Assembly (NCBI RefSeq): GCF_963921235.1
Contig: NC_086121.1
Location: 21,824,001 to 21,888,000, forward strand
DNA: 64,000 nt
Direction of reading: 5' to 3'
Origin: Mobula hypostoma
Lineage: Eukaryota
How positions within the stretch are numbered: the stretch's first letter is position 1; each line of letters starts with the position of its first letter. The notes below the pieces were generated by a model. The model saw only the letters and a list, made by a program, of their open reading frames with translations, did not search any database and was not told where the DNA came from. The position numbers and the translations under genes are program-made. Shown one piece after another: positions 23,640 to 37,382 of this stretch.

Positions 23640-26600
23640 TCAGTAATATTTGAGTAACATTGCTTCTTTTTACAAATGGGAAAATCTGCAGCTGCTGGAA
23701 ATCCAAGCAACACACACAAAATGCTGGAGGAACTCAGCAGGCCAGACAGCATCTATGGAAAAGGGTATTGTTGACATTTTGGGCCGAAACCCTTTCTTTG
23801 TTTAATTCATTTATTCAGGGTTATATGTAAAAGTATGTGAATGGCATACGTCATTATGCCACTGTGTCATATGTGCACGCTTCACTAAAAGTAAAAAGCA
23901 CAAGCGTACATATCCTGCTGGGCTCCTGCTTTTTTCTTTCAATTAATTTCTGCAGTTACAAAACATAACAGTGGCAACGAGTATGTTTTAAAACGAACTC
24001 GTGACAACTACCTACCTGTAGAAGTGCTGCACGTATTTTTTCTTTGCAAAGGGAAAGAGACGTTCAAGTTTTTTTTAAAATGCAGCACTTTTTTTTCCAC
24101 AAGGGGGGAAGGTAGTCAAATAAAAGAAAGGCAGAAAACGGACAAAGTTCATAGGGTGTTCATAAACAGTGAGTACTGGGTGATAGTGATACTAAGAAAT
24201 AAAAGCAGAAATGGCTGGCTACATCAGAAAGATAGATATGTTCGACTGCACAACAGATAACTGCATATTGTATACTGAGCTAATTGAGCAGTATTTTCAA
24301 GCAAATGAAATAGCCAATGAAAAGTAAGTGCATTAGGTGGGAAGGCATGCAGTTTACTTAGAAGTTTGACTGCTCCAACCATACCACCCAAAATGAGCTT
24401 TGCTGATATGAAAGTAATACAGCAACATTTAGACCTGAAACCATTGTTGATTGCAGAAAGTTTTAGGTTTCATAAATGGAATCAAAAAGAAGGGGAGTCT
24501 ATTTCACCATATGTGGTTAAATTGAAGAGATTGAACATTGCCAGTTCAGTGATGGGCTTAATGATGCACAGAGAGAGTGTTTAGTTTGTGGAATCTTACA
24601 AGAAAACATTCAAAGATGGTTCCTGACTAAAGCACAACTCACATTTAAAACAGCAGATTAAGTGGGTGTATTAATGGAAACAACTGCCAGAGATACAGTT
24701 GTGTTGTGGTCAGGAATGAAAGTGAGTGAACAAAATTGCAACATCTAAACAGAAACCTTCCTGGACAGACAAGTTGTGTTCCCATTGTTACCAAGCTCCC
24801 ATACACAAAACCAATGCAGATTTAAAGGTGAAATTGCAGAAAATGCAACAAAGTAGAATGCATACAAAGAGCATGTGTTGGATGGACAAAAATAAATGGA
24901 CTACACAGGGAAGAGGAAAAAGTCGAGCTGCAGTTTCAAAAAGAGCCCTGATCTACATGCCATTGATGAAAAATCTGATGATGAGAGTGACAAGGGACTG
25001 TGTAGCCTTCAAATTTACATTGTGAAAATTAACTATAGACAAGCAATATGGATTTCAGCAGAAGTGAATAGTGCATAAATTTAAATGAAATTGGACACTG
25101 GCTCAACTGTTTCAATCATTCCACAACATGAGTTTGAACAGCATTTCAAAGATACTGACTGAACTGAAGCCTGCAGATATTCAACTAAGAACCTGTCTAG
25201 AGAAAAGGTAACTCCCATGAGAATGACGTTCTTAACAGTGAATTACAACCAACAAGCCACATTTGTTTGTATGTGGTTAAAAACAGGAAGCCAGCATTGT
25301 TGGGCTGTGATTGGCTGTGACAACTACAACTTGATTGGAGATCCATTCACTGTTTGCATGCCACACCCTCTGCAATAGTGTCAACTGAAAGCAAATTAAT
25401 AAAGGTACTGGATGGTGCCACAGCAATGTTCAAGGATGTCATTGGAAAACTCAAACATGTCAAGAGTGAAATAGTGTTAAATAAAACTGCCACACCCCAG
25501 TTTTACAAAGGTCATCGGGTTCCTTGTACCAACCAGGATAAAGTAGCCAGTCAGCTGGATTGCATGGAGACTGAAGGAACTCTTTCCAAGGTTGAGTGGA
25601 GTCCATGGGAACTGCGCAGGTTGACTCTGTGGTTAAGAAGGCATACAGTGCATTGGCCTTCATCAATCATGGGATTGAGTTTAAGAGCCAAGAGGTAATG
25701 TTGCAGCTATATAGGACCCTGGTCAGACCCCACTTGGAGTACTGTGCTCAGTTCTGGTTGCCTCACTACAGGAAGGACGTGGAAACCATAGAAAGGGTGC
25801 AGAGGAGATTTACAAGGATGTTGCCTGGATTGGGGAGCATGCCTTATGAGAATAGGTTGAATGAACTTGGCCTTTTCTCCTTGGAGTGACGGAGGATGAG
25901 AGGTGTACAAGATAATAAGGGGCATTGATCGTGTGGATAGTCAGAGGCTTCTTGTCAGGGCTGAAATGGCTAGCAGGAGAGGGCACAGTTTTAAGGTGCT
26001 TGGAAGTAGGTACAGAGGAGACGTCAGGGGTAAGTTTTTTACGCAGAGAGTAGTGAGTGCGTGGAATGGGCTGGCGGTGGTGGTGGAGGTGGAAATGATA
26101 GGGTCTTTTAAGAGACTCCTAGATGGGTACATGTAGCTTAGTAAAATAGAGGGCTATGGGTAAAGCCTAGGTAGTTCTAAGGTAGGGACATGTTCGGCAC
26201 AGTTCTGTGGGCCGAAGGGCCTGTATTGTGCTAAGGTTTTCTATGTTTCTATTCTCCCTAATGCAAATCAAAAGTCTTTTTATTACAGCAGAGGTGATCC
26301 AAAGGGAAACCAGAAAAGATCCCTCACTGTCTCAGATTTACATGGCCACCCAAAATGGCTGGAAAGTGTATCAGATTCTCCAGTTCCCCCATTTTTACCA
26401 GCACTGGGATGAACCTAACTTTGACAGCGGTTGCCTCATGTGGGGATTAAGAGTTGTTCTACCACCAAAGCTGAGAGCTAAAATGTTGAAGAAGAAGCTA
26501 CATGCCGTCATCTAGGCATGGTAAAAATGAAAGTATAAGCTCGAAGCTTTGTCTGGTGGCCTGAGGTAGATCAGCAGACTGAGGAACCTGCCATGCACTG

Positions 26601-28026
26601 TTTGGAATGCAAAAACATCCAGGTGGTGCCAAGAGCAGTGCCTCTCCATCCTGGAAATGACTTGTATTGTCCTGGCAGAGGATTCGTCTGGATTTTGCCA
26701 GACGATTCATGGGCACAAATTTCTTAGTAGTAGACAATAGGTGCAGGAGTAGAGTAGTACATACAGCTACAAAGTGGTGAGAAGCATTCCCAACAACCTC
26801 CATGACAGCCTCGCACACTGTTGATGTGTTGAGAAGCCTCTTTTCAAGGACTGGTGTTCCAGAACACTTAAGCAGTGACAGTGGATCACAGTTTGTTGCA
26901 GAACAGTTTCAGTCATTGCTGAAAATGAATGGAATAAGACATATTACATCCACACAGTACCACCCAGCTACAAATGGCTTGGTGGAAAGAATTGCCCGGA
27001 GACTAAAGAACACACTATGAACGATGTCAGCAGAGCACACTGCACTATCACTAAATCAGAAGCTCGCCAATATCCTCCATGCATATGGCAATGCAGCACG
27101 CTCCACAACTAACAGCTCACCAGATATGCTGTTCCAGGGACCTCCCTTGTGTTCACGCTTGGATTCTCCTCGACCTCAATCTCAGAAGGAGCATGCAGGA
27201 CGAACAGCTGAGACAAATTGAAGGCTCCCCGAACAAGGATGTTCAATGTTTCACTCCTGGAGGGGGACTACAGTGGTAATTAAAAGTAGGTACCTGAAAA
27301 GATTACGGACAGAACTGGACCACTCTCCTACACAGTGGAGATTGCATCTTGATATCATTGGGAGAACACACATTGATCAGTTGAGGACAACTGAGTGAAT
27401 TGTTGGAGAGGAAAGGTGTCCAGAGCTGTTAGAACCACTTACTGAAGTCCCAGAGTCGACTCCTACAACCATCACAGCCACATGTCACTCCTGCTAAGCA
27501 GAGTGATTCCGCCCAGCAACACCGCCCCCCCCCCACCAGCAATAAAAAATCAGGAAAGACTTTAATCCACAAGAATAAGAAATCCTCCAGAGAGATTAAA
27601 TCTTTAGGCCTGAATGTGGTAATTTAAAATTTACTGTGCTGTGTCATGTGTGTTCTGTATTTAATATTTCAGTAATATTGTAAATATATTGGTCAAGTAC
27701 TCTTTGTGTAAATAATTCATTAGGGGTTATATGCAAATTACGTGAATGGCATACGTCATTTTGCCACCACATTATAAGTATGTGGCTCATTAAAAGTAAA
27801 AAGAAGCATTGGTGACCATTGGGGTCCTGCGAATGGTTTCGGCCTGAAATGTCAACAATACAATAGTTGCTGCCTGGCCTGCTGAGTTCCTCCAGCATTT
27901 TGTGTGTGTGTGTGTTGCTTGGATTTCCAGCCTCTGCAGATTTTCTCTTGTTTGTAAAAAAAAACTTGTTCTCCTAGGCACCAGTCTTTTTCTTTTGATT
28001 AGTTTCTTCAGCAACAAAATATAACA
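23640..28026 (+). mobile_element. Degenerate Gypsy (Mag-like) LTR retrotransposon in the CPTP intron
   Basis: Two related LTRs (shared GGGTTATATG..GTGAATGGCATACGTCATT, ending ATAACA at 23970 and 28026). PBS TGGCAACGAG (tRNA-Ser-like). Gag AESFRFHKWNQKEGESI, protease LDTG, integrase SDSGSQF and YHPATNGLVER. Left boundary approximate. Confidence 0.8.
25609..26253 (+). mobile_element. CR1 LINE 3' fragment nested in the Mag-like element
   Basis: LYRTLVRPHLEYCAQFW, ERVQRRFTRMLPG, FFTQRVVSAWNGL and a (TTCTATGT)n tail. Confidence 0.9.
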
Positions 28027-28473
28027 GCTTATATTTTTGTATAATATTTCTCTTTGCGAATCTGCCAACATTTGTGGTTAACGAAATAATTTGAGAGGGG
28101 ACATTGCTGAAATGTGAGAATTTCATCAACAAATCTGTCCACAGCAAGCTCCCACAAATAAAACTTATTAATCACTGAGGGATTCATCTTTAATAGTTGA
28201 TTGTCATAACCGTTTTTTCCTAATAAATTTTCATGATTTGCATAATGTGATTTACTTTCTCTCTAACGTACCAATGGAAACTAAATAAATTTGGAAATTT
28301 CTTGTAATAGACTTAAGTAAATAGTTTATGAATTTGGGAACCATATTCTGCTCAAACTTATTGTGCACTTCAAAATCTTTAATTTCTAATATTAATTTTA
28401 CTTTTGTATTTCTAGTCTGAATTGTCTTGGTAGGAAAATCCAATTTTAAATTCATTGTTTGATTCTTTTTTAG

Positions 28474-28996
28474 GTTCATGAGTAGCCTTGGTGCAGCCTT
28501 TTCCTTTATTTCAAAAGATGTGGTCACTAAAATCCAAATTCTGGAAAACTACGGATGTAGTGAAAGGGGCCAGGAATACAGAACAATTCAGTCAATGGTG
28601 AAGTATGAGGTTGACAACAAGCTGGTGGACCTGAGGAAGCGAGGTGACCATTGGGATTCTGGCTGCCGTACTCTGTTGCGACTACACCGTGCCCTCAAGT
28701 GGCTGCAGCTCTTTTTGGAAAAGCTGCGGGTGGCCTCTGATGACAGCAAAACTTCAGTCTTGTGTACAGACGCCTATAATGACTCCCTGGCAAACTATCA
28801 TCCCTGGATTGTGCGCAAAGCTGCAGTTCTTGCATTTCATTTACTGCCAAGTCGGGAAGAGTTTTTTGAAGTTATGAATATGGGCACAACAGAAAAGGTT
28901 GTGGCCACACTCGAGGAAGCTGTCCCACTCATTTCTAAGACCTATGACATCACACAAGATCTGTATGCTCAACATGACCTGCTTGATCTACCTTAG
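28474..28996 (+). CDS. CPTP: CPTP coding exon 2 (GLTP fold); spliced product 213 aa
   Basis: Acceptor ttctttttag|G TTC ATG joins exon 1 in frame. Contains FSFISKDVVTK, SGCRTLLRLHRALKWLQLFLE, YHPWIVRKAA and terminal LLDLP*; C1P-binding residues are retained. Confidence 0.97.
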
Positions 28997-31849
28997 ATCT
29001 GTTCTTTTTTGAAGAGTACTACAATAGTAGCACCTTTGAATGTTTTAGATAGTAAACTTTATTTTATCAGAATCACATGACCAAAGGATAGGTTGTAAGT
29101 GTTATTTAAAAAGTAAGTCTTTCATCCATATGTTTAAATAATTAGCCTTTCTGTTTGGGGGGAGATTCAAGTCCAATCAGGATTGGCAGAGTGATGCAAT
29201 TTCCAAGTACTTGAATTGCTGAAGTGGAGTCGCTACACTGCTTGCTGAAGGGTCTGCACCACAGAACAGAACGAATTAGATAGCTCTCTGTAAGGTGGGG
29301 GTAGCAGTGTCCAAGGTGCATGTTTTTCTGCATCAAAAGATGGTAGTTCCATAACACTACCATCTCTAATCTTCAGCAAATACCTTCGGGAAGGACCTTG
29401 GTCAGGAATGGCCTTTTTCCACAAGTCATTTGGCCTGTCAGCACTTTGGTGGGATGCTTCTTCAGGAGCATTTATGTTTAAATACAGTTGAACAAATAAT
29501 TTAAAATATTTTACCATGGTCCTTCCAGGAGATTTTTTTAGTGACATTACATTTGAAATGCACCAAAAAACTTTAATCTCTGTAACTGACCACATTCAAT
29601 TGCTGTTCAAGTGAGAAGTAATAATTTGGATCTCTCTCCCATTTTCTGTACTTCTAATGGTGTAGACCTACTGATGTCCATTTCCAAGGGTGGCAGAAGG
29701 TCATACTTCGAGTGTTTATTGTTTGTATGGATGGGGTGGGTTTAGAACCTGTGCGAATCTGGAGTTATCTGACTCAGTTGACTTCAGATTGAGCATTTAC
29801 ACACTTAGGAACTGGGAGAAATGATCAGGCCTGAGATCCGTGGCTGATCGTTTTTTGTCTGTCTGTCTTATTGCATCTTCTTCAGAAACAGTAGGATCAG
29901 GTCTATCATGGCAGTGTAAGCCGTGAATGAGTTGGAGCATTTCCCTGTACAGTGATAACTCAGCAGGTCAATGTGAGAAGGCAGAGCAAAAATGTGACTA
30001 GATTTTGATTTGTTGGCCTTTCAATTTGTAAGTTAATAGAGCTTCCTTCTCAATTGCTCCTGGCAGTTTTAGGTGACCTGCTTGAAGGAGCGTTGAGAAT
30101 CAAAACACTGCAGGTGCTGGAAATCTGATCAGGCAGCATCTGTGGAAAGAGAAACATCAAAGGCCATTCATCAGAATAGGACCATGTTCTGATAAAGATT
30201 ATCTGCCCAAATGTTCTTGACATATACTGACTGATCTGTGTATTTCCAGCATCTTATTTATATAGAAGGTACCCCCTTTCCAGTTCAGGTCTGCTTTAAA
30301 TATACAGTATTTTGTTCACTGTCTGCTGTGAGATTTAAATGGCGTAAGTGAAAGAGACCTCACTGCATAAGCACAGAAGATCATCTTGAAGAATTTGCTG
30401 TGACACGTCCTCTCAGACTTGTGCAAGAGAAATGTATGGAGCTTAAAAAGTGTGGGTCCTCATAATGTTCCTGCTGTACACTTTGTTGTATAACTATGTT
30501 GGTGTATTTAATTCTGTCAGCTGAGACAAAAAGGAATTGTGCTTACAGTGCACTAATACTCAATATGTTTTTTTGTTATCTAACAAAAATGAGCTCTTCC
30601 TTTCTGTCTTTTCCCCCATCCCAACAAACATTGCTGCATCCTCTTTTTGGTGGAATTCTTTGGGCACAAATTTCTCTGTCCTATTTCAGCAGCTGATTTT
30701 CATGTGAGCCAGGACAATTCTGCACACAAAGTGACATTACACCTCGGCAAGACAAGTTTACCTCCTTAAGCTGCTGATTAACAAATCAGCTTTGATCTAG
30801 TTTTAGTCCTGACCAAGAACAATAGATTTTGCATTGGGCTGTGTGAAGGGAGTGCCCTTCACTGACTGGTCCCTGAAAAAGATTAAGCAGGATTAATGCT
30901 GGCAGAAGAACACTGGTATTGCAGTTACTGAACTTCGTAACCAACAACAGTCTGTCAGCGGGTAAAGGAGTGGAAAGGTGGCCACGGCTGCCACAGGCTC
31001 CTCCTGTTGGAAGTCACATTCTAGCTGGGTGGATCCATAATGAGCTCAGCTGTCATCTGATGTCTTCATGTAGGTCCAAAGGCATTTTACCCTGATCATT
31101 GCTTGTTACCGGCGTTTAGGGCAGCGATGAAGGTCCTCCATCTCTGGCGGTGTTCAGGGCTTCCTTTGTCGTGTAGTAGCTTCCTGTCAGTTTTCACTAC
31201 TGTCAGTCATGTAAGTCCCGGGTGGAGACTCAGGAATACCGTCACACTCAGATGTAGAAGGATTCTTCATTGTTGTTTCCGTAACAATTTTGTATTACGA
31301 ATTAGGGTTGCCAGCTCTGAGCTGAACCCCTGAACCTGGAGGACCGGTGGACCACTCTTAGTCTGGCCTCTACCCTCTGACCTGTTTGGTATGGGTGACT
31401 GTACCGAGAGCCAACACATGAAGCCCTGACTCCAGCTCGCATAGCTCTCCAGGTCATTGAGGCACACAAGCCCCCAAACCACAACAAGGTTATGGTCCTC
31501 TTGGAGGATTTTACCCGGGGACGAGGGAAAAAGAAAGCTGCAATGTGAAGTAAATTTTATCTTTAATTCTTTGAAGACCCTAGGTGTTTGTTTTCCTATT
31601 CACATTTTTAACATTAGTCTTTGGTGGCTAATTACTTGTCAAATGCTGCCACCCCAATGTACTGTTGACCTTCCATTCTAATCTTCAAACATTAAATATC
31701 TACAACCATCAATGGACAATTAGCAACATTTCTCTGTCATGAATTGTAGGTTTTAAAGTCAGAAATATTTTTAATATTTCAGGTGAAAACCAAATGTAAT
31801 TTGTAGATTTTTTATTTGCAATGTGAGTAATTATTTGCTCTATAAAAAC

Positions 31850-31855
31850 AATAAA
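31850..31855 (+). terminator. Candidate CPTP poly(A) signal AATAAA
   Basis: AATAAA at the end of an AT-rich, repeat-poor 3' region, followed by a T/GT-rich tract. Would give a ~2.9 kb 3' UTR. Confidence 0.45.
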
Positions 31856-32239
31856 TTATGATGTAGTTCATTCTGGCTTAGTTTATTGTAATTGCACAAA
31901 CAATTAGGTCCGTCATTTTTGAGAAAATTAAATGGAACAGCATTAAAGCCCTCAATAGTGGTAAATTAATGCCATACATGTTCAAAGGTTAATTTTATTG
32001 TCAAAGTATGCATGTACAATACAACTCTCGTATTCATCTTCTCCAGATAGCCATGAAATACAGGAAGATGTCTGTAAGCAAACAACACGGCAACAGTTGC
32101 ATTATTTTTTAGTTAAATTCAGGATCTGTCTGCATTGGAGAAATCTGACTTCCATACTGTAACACTGAGATGGAATAGTGCTTCTAGATCTCCTACAATA
32201 ACAGATATTAAGCCTACAGGATTCAATTTGAAGGAACAT

Positions 32240-32620
32240 TCAAAGTAAATTTATAATCAAAGTACACACATGTCACCATGTACCACCCTGAGATTCATTT
32301 TCTTGCAGGCATTCACAGTGGAACAAATCAATGAAAAACTAGAAACACTGACAACCAATGTGCAAAAGAAGGCAAATTGTGCAAATACAAAAAAAAAGTA
32401 AGTAAATAAATAATACCTGAGAACGTGAGTTGTTGAGTCCACGGGTTGTGGAATAGGTTCAGTATTGAGGTGAGTAAAGTTATTCATGCTGGATTAGGAG
32501 CCCTGATGGTCGAGGAGCAGTAACTATTCCTGAGCATGGTGGGGAGGGACCTAAAGCTTCTGTACCTCCTTCCTGCATAACCTGGATGATAGATGTTGTT
32601 TTCCTGCAGCCAAGATACTT
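32240..32620 (-). mobile_element. Old Rex1/Babar-type 3' fragment
   Basis: Degenerate 3' UTR and C-terminal coding remnants similar to the other copies. Confidence 0.55.
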
Positions 32621-33837
32621 TCCAGTGTGCATCAATAGAATGTCAGATGCAGTGTGTGATTGGAATAGGAACCAGGGCATAGGGCTTCATGGTGGGTGCA
32701 CAATGGTGTAGCAGTTCGTGCAATACTCTACAGTGCCAGCTGTAAGATTAGGGTTCAATTCCTGCTGCCGTCTAACAAGTTTCTACATTCTCCTTTCCAA
32801 GAAGACGTATGGTTAGAGTCAGTGAGTTGTAGGCATGCTATCTCGGCACAGGAAGCATGGTGACACTTCTGGGCTGCCCATCACATCTTCACTGATTTGA
32901 TTTGAATCAAACTGTGCATTTCACTGTATCTTTTGATGTACATGTGACAAAGCTATTTTTTTTTCTTTCATTCAACCAGACAACAGAACATTTTAAATAC
33001 ACCCAAGGGTTTGAAATATTACTTGAGGTCCAGGTCCCCTGATCTCACCAATAGAAGGAGTTGCAAGACCATTGTGGAAGAGCATGAAAAGCCAACGTGA
33101 AATGATTTAGTAGGTGTTAACCCAAAATCCTGGGGAGATCACTGCCATTGCCTGAATAAGATGTCTAATTGGTCCAGGAACTTTGCTGAGATCTTGAAGC
33201 TCTTGGCAGCAGCAACACATCTGACTGCCTCCCCTTGCTTAGCGTTATTATGTTTGGCGTCGTGTTTTCAGGATCTTCATGCATACCCTCAATAACAGGG
33301 CCTGCTCCAAAACTACCTCCTGGTGTGCTTCCAAAAAATAAGTTGGTCTTCTACAAAAGGAGTAACCATTGAAGTTATTAGGTCAACAGGAACATATGTA
33401 ATTTCACATTGAATTATTTGCAAGTTTATCGATGTCAGGGGTTAAAAATTTCTCTGTTCATCATGATGCAAAATGAAACGCCTAGTAGAAGATTGCTTTA
33501 CAGTGCCAGTGATCACCAATTCCTATCGCTGCCTATAAGGAGTTTGTACATTCTCCCCATGACTGAGTTTCCTCCAGAAGCTCTGGTTTCCTCCCACATT
33601 CCAAAGACGTACATTTGGGATTAGTAAATTGAAGGCATGTTATGTTGGCACTGGAAGTGTAGTGCAATCCTCGCTGATTTGAATTGATGCAGATGACGCA
33701 TTTCTCTGTATGTTTTGGTGTTCATGACAAATAACGCTAATCTTCAATTTTTTAAAAAATCTTTGATTTGGTTTAAACCAACCTGCAATTCGGCAAGTAA
33801 CCAGTAGGTGGTAGAATTTGAAAACAAAACGAGAAAA

Positions 33838-34400
33838 GCTGAAAATCAGAATCAAAATCAGGTTTTCCGGTAGCAGTGCATAGTATTACTTTACAATAAA
33901 CTACAAGTTGCATTAAGAAATATATATTTGTTTTAAATGAAATGGCAGTGCAAACAAAGAGCAAAAAAGGAAAAAAACGATGAGGTAGTGTTTATGAGTT
34001 CAATGTCCATCCAGAAATCTGATGGTAGAGGGGAAGAAGCTGTTGGCCCCTGTACCTCCACCTTGATCATGGCAATGAGAAGAAGGCGGTCCTGATGATG
34101 GGGGTCCTTAATGACGGATGCTGCCTTTTTGAGGCCCCGCCTTTTGAAGATGTCCTCTGCAGGTTGGGGAGGGCTAGTGTCCAAGGTGGAACTGTCTGAG
34201 TTCGCAACTTCCTGCATCTCTGTCCAATCCTGAGCAGTGACGCCTCCTTACCAGACGGTGGCGCAGCCAGTCAGCATGGTCTCTACCCCACCGTACATCT
34301 GGAGAAATTTGTGAGTGTCTCTGGTGACAGCAAATCTCCTCAAACTCCGAATGAACTATAGCCACTGCCGTGTCCTCTTGGTAACTGCATCAGTATTTTG
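33838..34400 (-). mobile_element. Rex1/Babar-type LINE 3' fragment
   Basis: EDIFKRRGLKKAASVIKDPHH; (ATTCTG)-type tail at the left end. Confidence 0.75.
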
Positions 34401-35640
34401 TTCAACGATCAGCAGGTCTGGATGCATCAATGGGAAGAGTCTCAGGTTTGAAAACCCTCTGTCAGACCAAGGAAAGGGGGAAAATTCGGTCTTCAATAAC
34501 ACAGATTTTAACTCCCCTGAATGTTACAGAACTCATTTATTCTTGCACCATCAGAATTAGCCCCTTTCCTCTATCCATCCTTCCCTAACCTCATACTGAA
34601 AACTAGCAGCTGCAGATTGTCTTTTTGTTCCAAGTTGGTCCCCCAGTGAAATCCAGCATCAACATAAAACACTTCAAATGCCAGAGGTACCTACAACTGA
34701 ACTTGCTGTGCCACAATAGTAATATGGAAATAAAGACAGATCATCTTTCAAAAAGAGTGCTCAGATTATATTCAGTTTTGATCAAAGCCTGGTTGCCCTG
34801 ATCACCAGTGCAAATTAAATACATTCCATCCTTGAATTAAATTGAACTGATCCTCACCAGAAGCACAGTGGGCTACCAAGGATAGTGTTGGACTCAACTG
34901 TATTCCCCCTAAAACTGAGTGTATCCAATGTGGCAGTTAAGTTGGACAAAGCTGCCATCTTCACTAGAATTTTACCCTATTAACATTGTACCTTGGGAAA
35001 GTAAAAAAAAAAATCCAAGGAAGACAAAAAAACATTGCTCTAGCATGGGAAACATCACTTCCAGGTTCCCTTTAAGACATTTACACTGACTTTGCTTCGC
35101 TACTGCAGGATCATAACCCTGGAGTGTGAAAGTTAGATATTCATCAGATTGTTTTAAAAAAAGTTTGCTGCTACTTGTCAGCGGGTTTTGCAACAAATTC
35201 TGTTTCATAAACAAATTATACTTTTTTTAAAACTCAGAAAAATATAAATGTTAGAAACATACAGGTTGAAATGTGCTTCCGAATGTTTGTTTGTATAGTA
35301 TTACTTTATTTAGTTAGTTGCAAATATGGATAAAATCACATAAATTATAATGCTAATTTATTCCAGTTGTGCTGTGCGGAAACTTTTGCATTGGCACCCA
35401 ATCTGAGCTGACATTTTCTACCAGGGGAAGCAAGATACTCCTGCTATAGGGCCTGAAGAATTGACATGAATTCCTAATCTGCTGAAAGTACGTGTGCACA
35501 TAAGGAGAAAACTCCATGGAACTTGGCTGTGATGCCTCCTAAGAAAACATGTCTGTTTCATTTTTTTCATCACTTGACAATCTATTATTATACCTAATGT
35601 AAATACAAACGTTTGTATAACTTTCCAAAAAGCATTTCAA

Positions 35641-35753
35641 TAAATGTTTACCCTCCCAATTCTGATATAAAGATCTAATTAGTTCTGTGATGTAAATGTA
35701 GTTAAGCAAAAGGGTTTCATTAAATGTTTACCCTCCCTATTCTGATATAAAGA
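35641..35753 (+). repeat. 33-bp direct repeat (80-bp period)
   Basis: TAAATGTTTACCCTCCC(A/T)ATTCTGATATAAAGA at 35641-35673 and 35721-35753. Confidence 0.9.
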
Positions 35754-35940
35754 AGTGGTTGAGGCAGGTTCGATGTTGTCATTTAAAGTTAAATTGGACA
35801 GCTATATGGACAGGAAAGGAATGGAGGGTTATGGGCTGAGTGCAGGTCGGTGGGACTAGGTGAGAGTAAGAGTTCGGCACGGACTAGAAGGGCCGAGATG
35901 GCCTGTTTCCGTGCTGTAATTGTTATATGGTTATATATGG
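35754..35940 (+). mobile_element. CR1 3' end
   Basis: Typical CR1 3' UTR (GGACTAGAAGGGCCGAGATGGCCTGTTTCCGTGCTGTA) with a short tandem tail. Confidence 0.8.
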
Positions 35941-36748
35941 TTCACTCAATCTGCTCTCACAAGGCACGAACTTTAATCCAGACAACATCCTTGTAAATCC
36001 CCTCTGCACTCTGTCTATTGTATCCACATCCTTCCTGTAGTGAGGTGACATGATCTGAAAACAGTACTCCAGTTGGGGTCTAAGTTAGTTCTTATATAGC
36101 TGTAACTTAACCTCACGGTTTTTGAACTCAATTCCACAGTTGGTGAATGCCAACATACCATACGCCTTCTTAAAAACACTGTCAACCTGCGCAGCAGCTT
36201 TGAGTTTCCTATGGACATGGACCCCAAGATCTCGTTGATCCTCCACACTGCAAAGAGTCTTACCATTAATATTATATTCTGTCTTCAAATTTGAGCTACC
36301 CAAGTGAACCACTTCACACTTATCTGGGTTGAACTCCATCTGCCGCTTCTCAGCTCAGTTCTGCATCTTATCGATGTCCCGATGTAACCTCTGACAACAC
36401 TCCAGACACTCCACAACACTCCAAACTTCTGTGTCATCAACAAACTTTCTAACCCACCCTTCTACTTCCTCATCCAGGTCACTTAAAAAAAATCACAAAG
36501 AGGAGGGATCCCAGAACAAATCCCTGCAGAACATCACTGATCATCAACCTCCATGCAGAATACAAACCATCTACAACCACTCTTTGCCTTCTGTGGGCAA
36601 GCCAGTTCTGGATCCACTAAGTAAGGTCTCCTTGGATCCCATGCTTCATTATTTTCTGAATGAACCTTGTATGGGGAACCTTATCAAATGCCTTATTGAA
36701 TTCCATATACACTACATCCATTTCTCTACCTTCATCAATGTGTTTCAA
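35941..36748 (-). mobile_element. CR1 RT fragment
   Basis: MEFNPDKCEVVHLG, DQRDLGVHVH, GIEFKNREV. Confidence 0.88.
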
Positions 36749-37382
36749 TGAACCTGGACTTCCTGGCCTTGAAGGTCATCCTAGCCCAGGTAGCCACGTT
36801 GTCCATCTTGCTTGGACATGGGTTACTGTGATGTTATCCATGAACCCCCCATGTTGCAGGGCTACAACACTGGGCCTCAGGTTATGTCTGCTGCTGCTGA
36901 TATGAGGAGGTTCATACCCATGACAAACAAGATGGGGGAGATGGTATAGCCAGGTGGAATCCCTTTTTAGAGGACTTGCCACCCGGTCGTAAAGGGGTGG
37001 GCTGAAGTGAAGCATAGCTTGAATCCTCCTAGGTAGCTAGTGATCACGTTTCGTGTCACTGGTGAGATATGGTAGTGGTCCAGGCCAACCTGAATGAGGA
37101 TATGTGGACTAAAAAGACGACTGTTCGGTTGCCTTTCTTCTGCCTGGCCTGGTGGATCAACTGGCTGATTATTGAGGTGTGTTCAAGGTACCCAGAGAAA
37201 CCTGGGCTGCCACCTTTTAGGATGGATCTGTTGATATAGAGGTTCTCCATTAAGTAACAAGTTAGCCTTCTCTCAAGCACTGGGAAGAATATCTTGCACT
37301 CCGTGCTAAGGAGGGAGATTGTCCTACACTGGGTGATTGTGGAGGAATCTTATTGCTTGGGAACAAAGCATCCTTCAGCCAT
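36749..37382 (-). mobile_element. HERO/R2-like (RLE-class) non-LTR RT fragment
   Basis: ISLLSTECKIFF, ILKGGSPGFSGYLEHTSIISQLI, FMDNITVT (FMDD motif). Confidence 0.65.
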
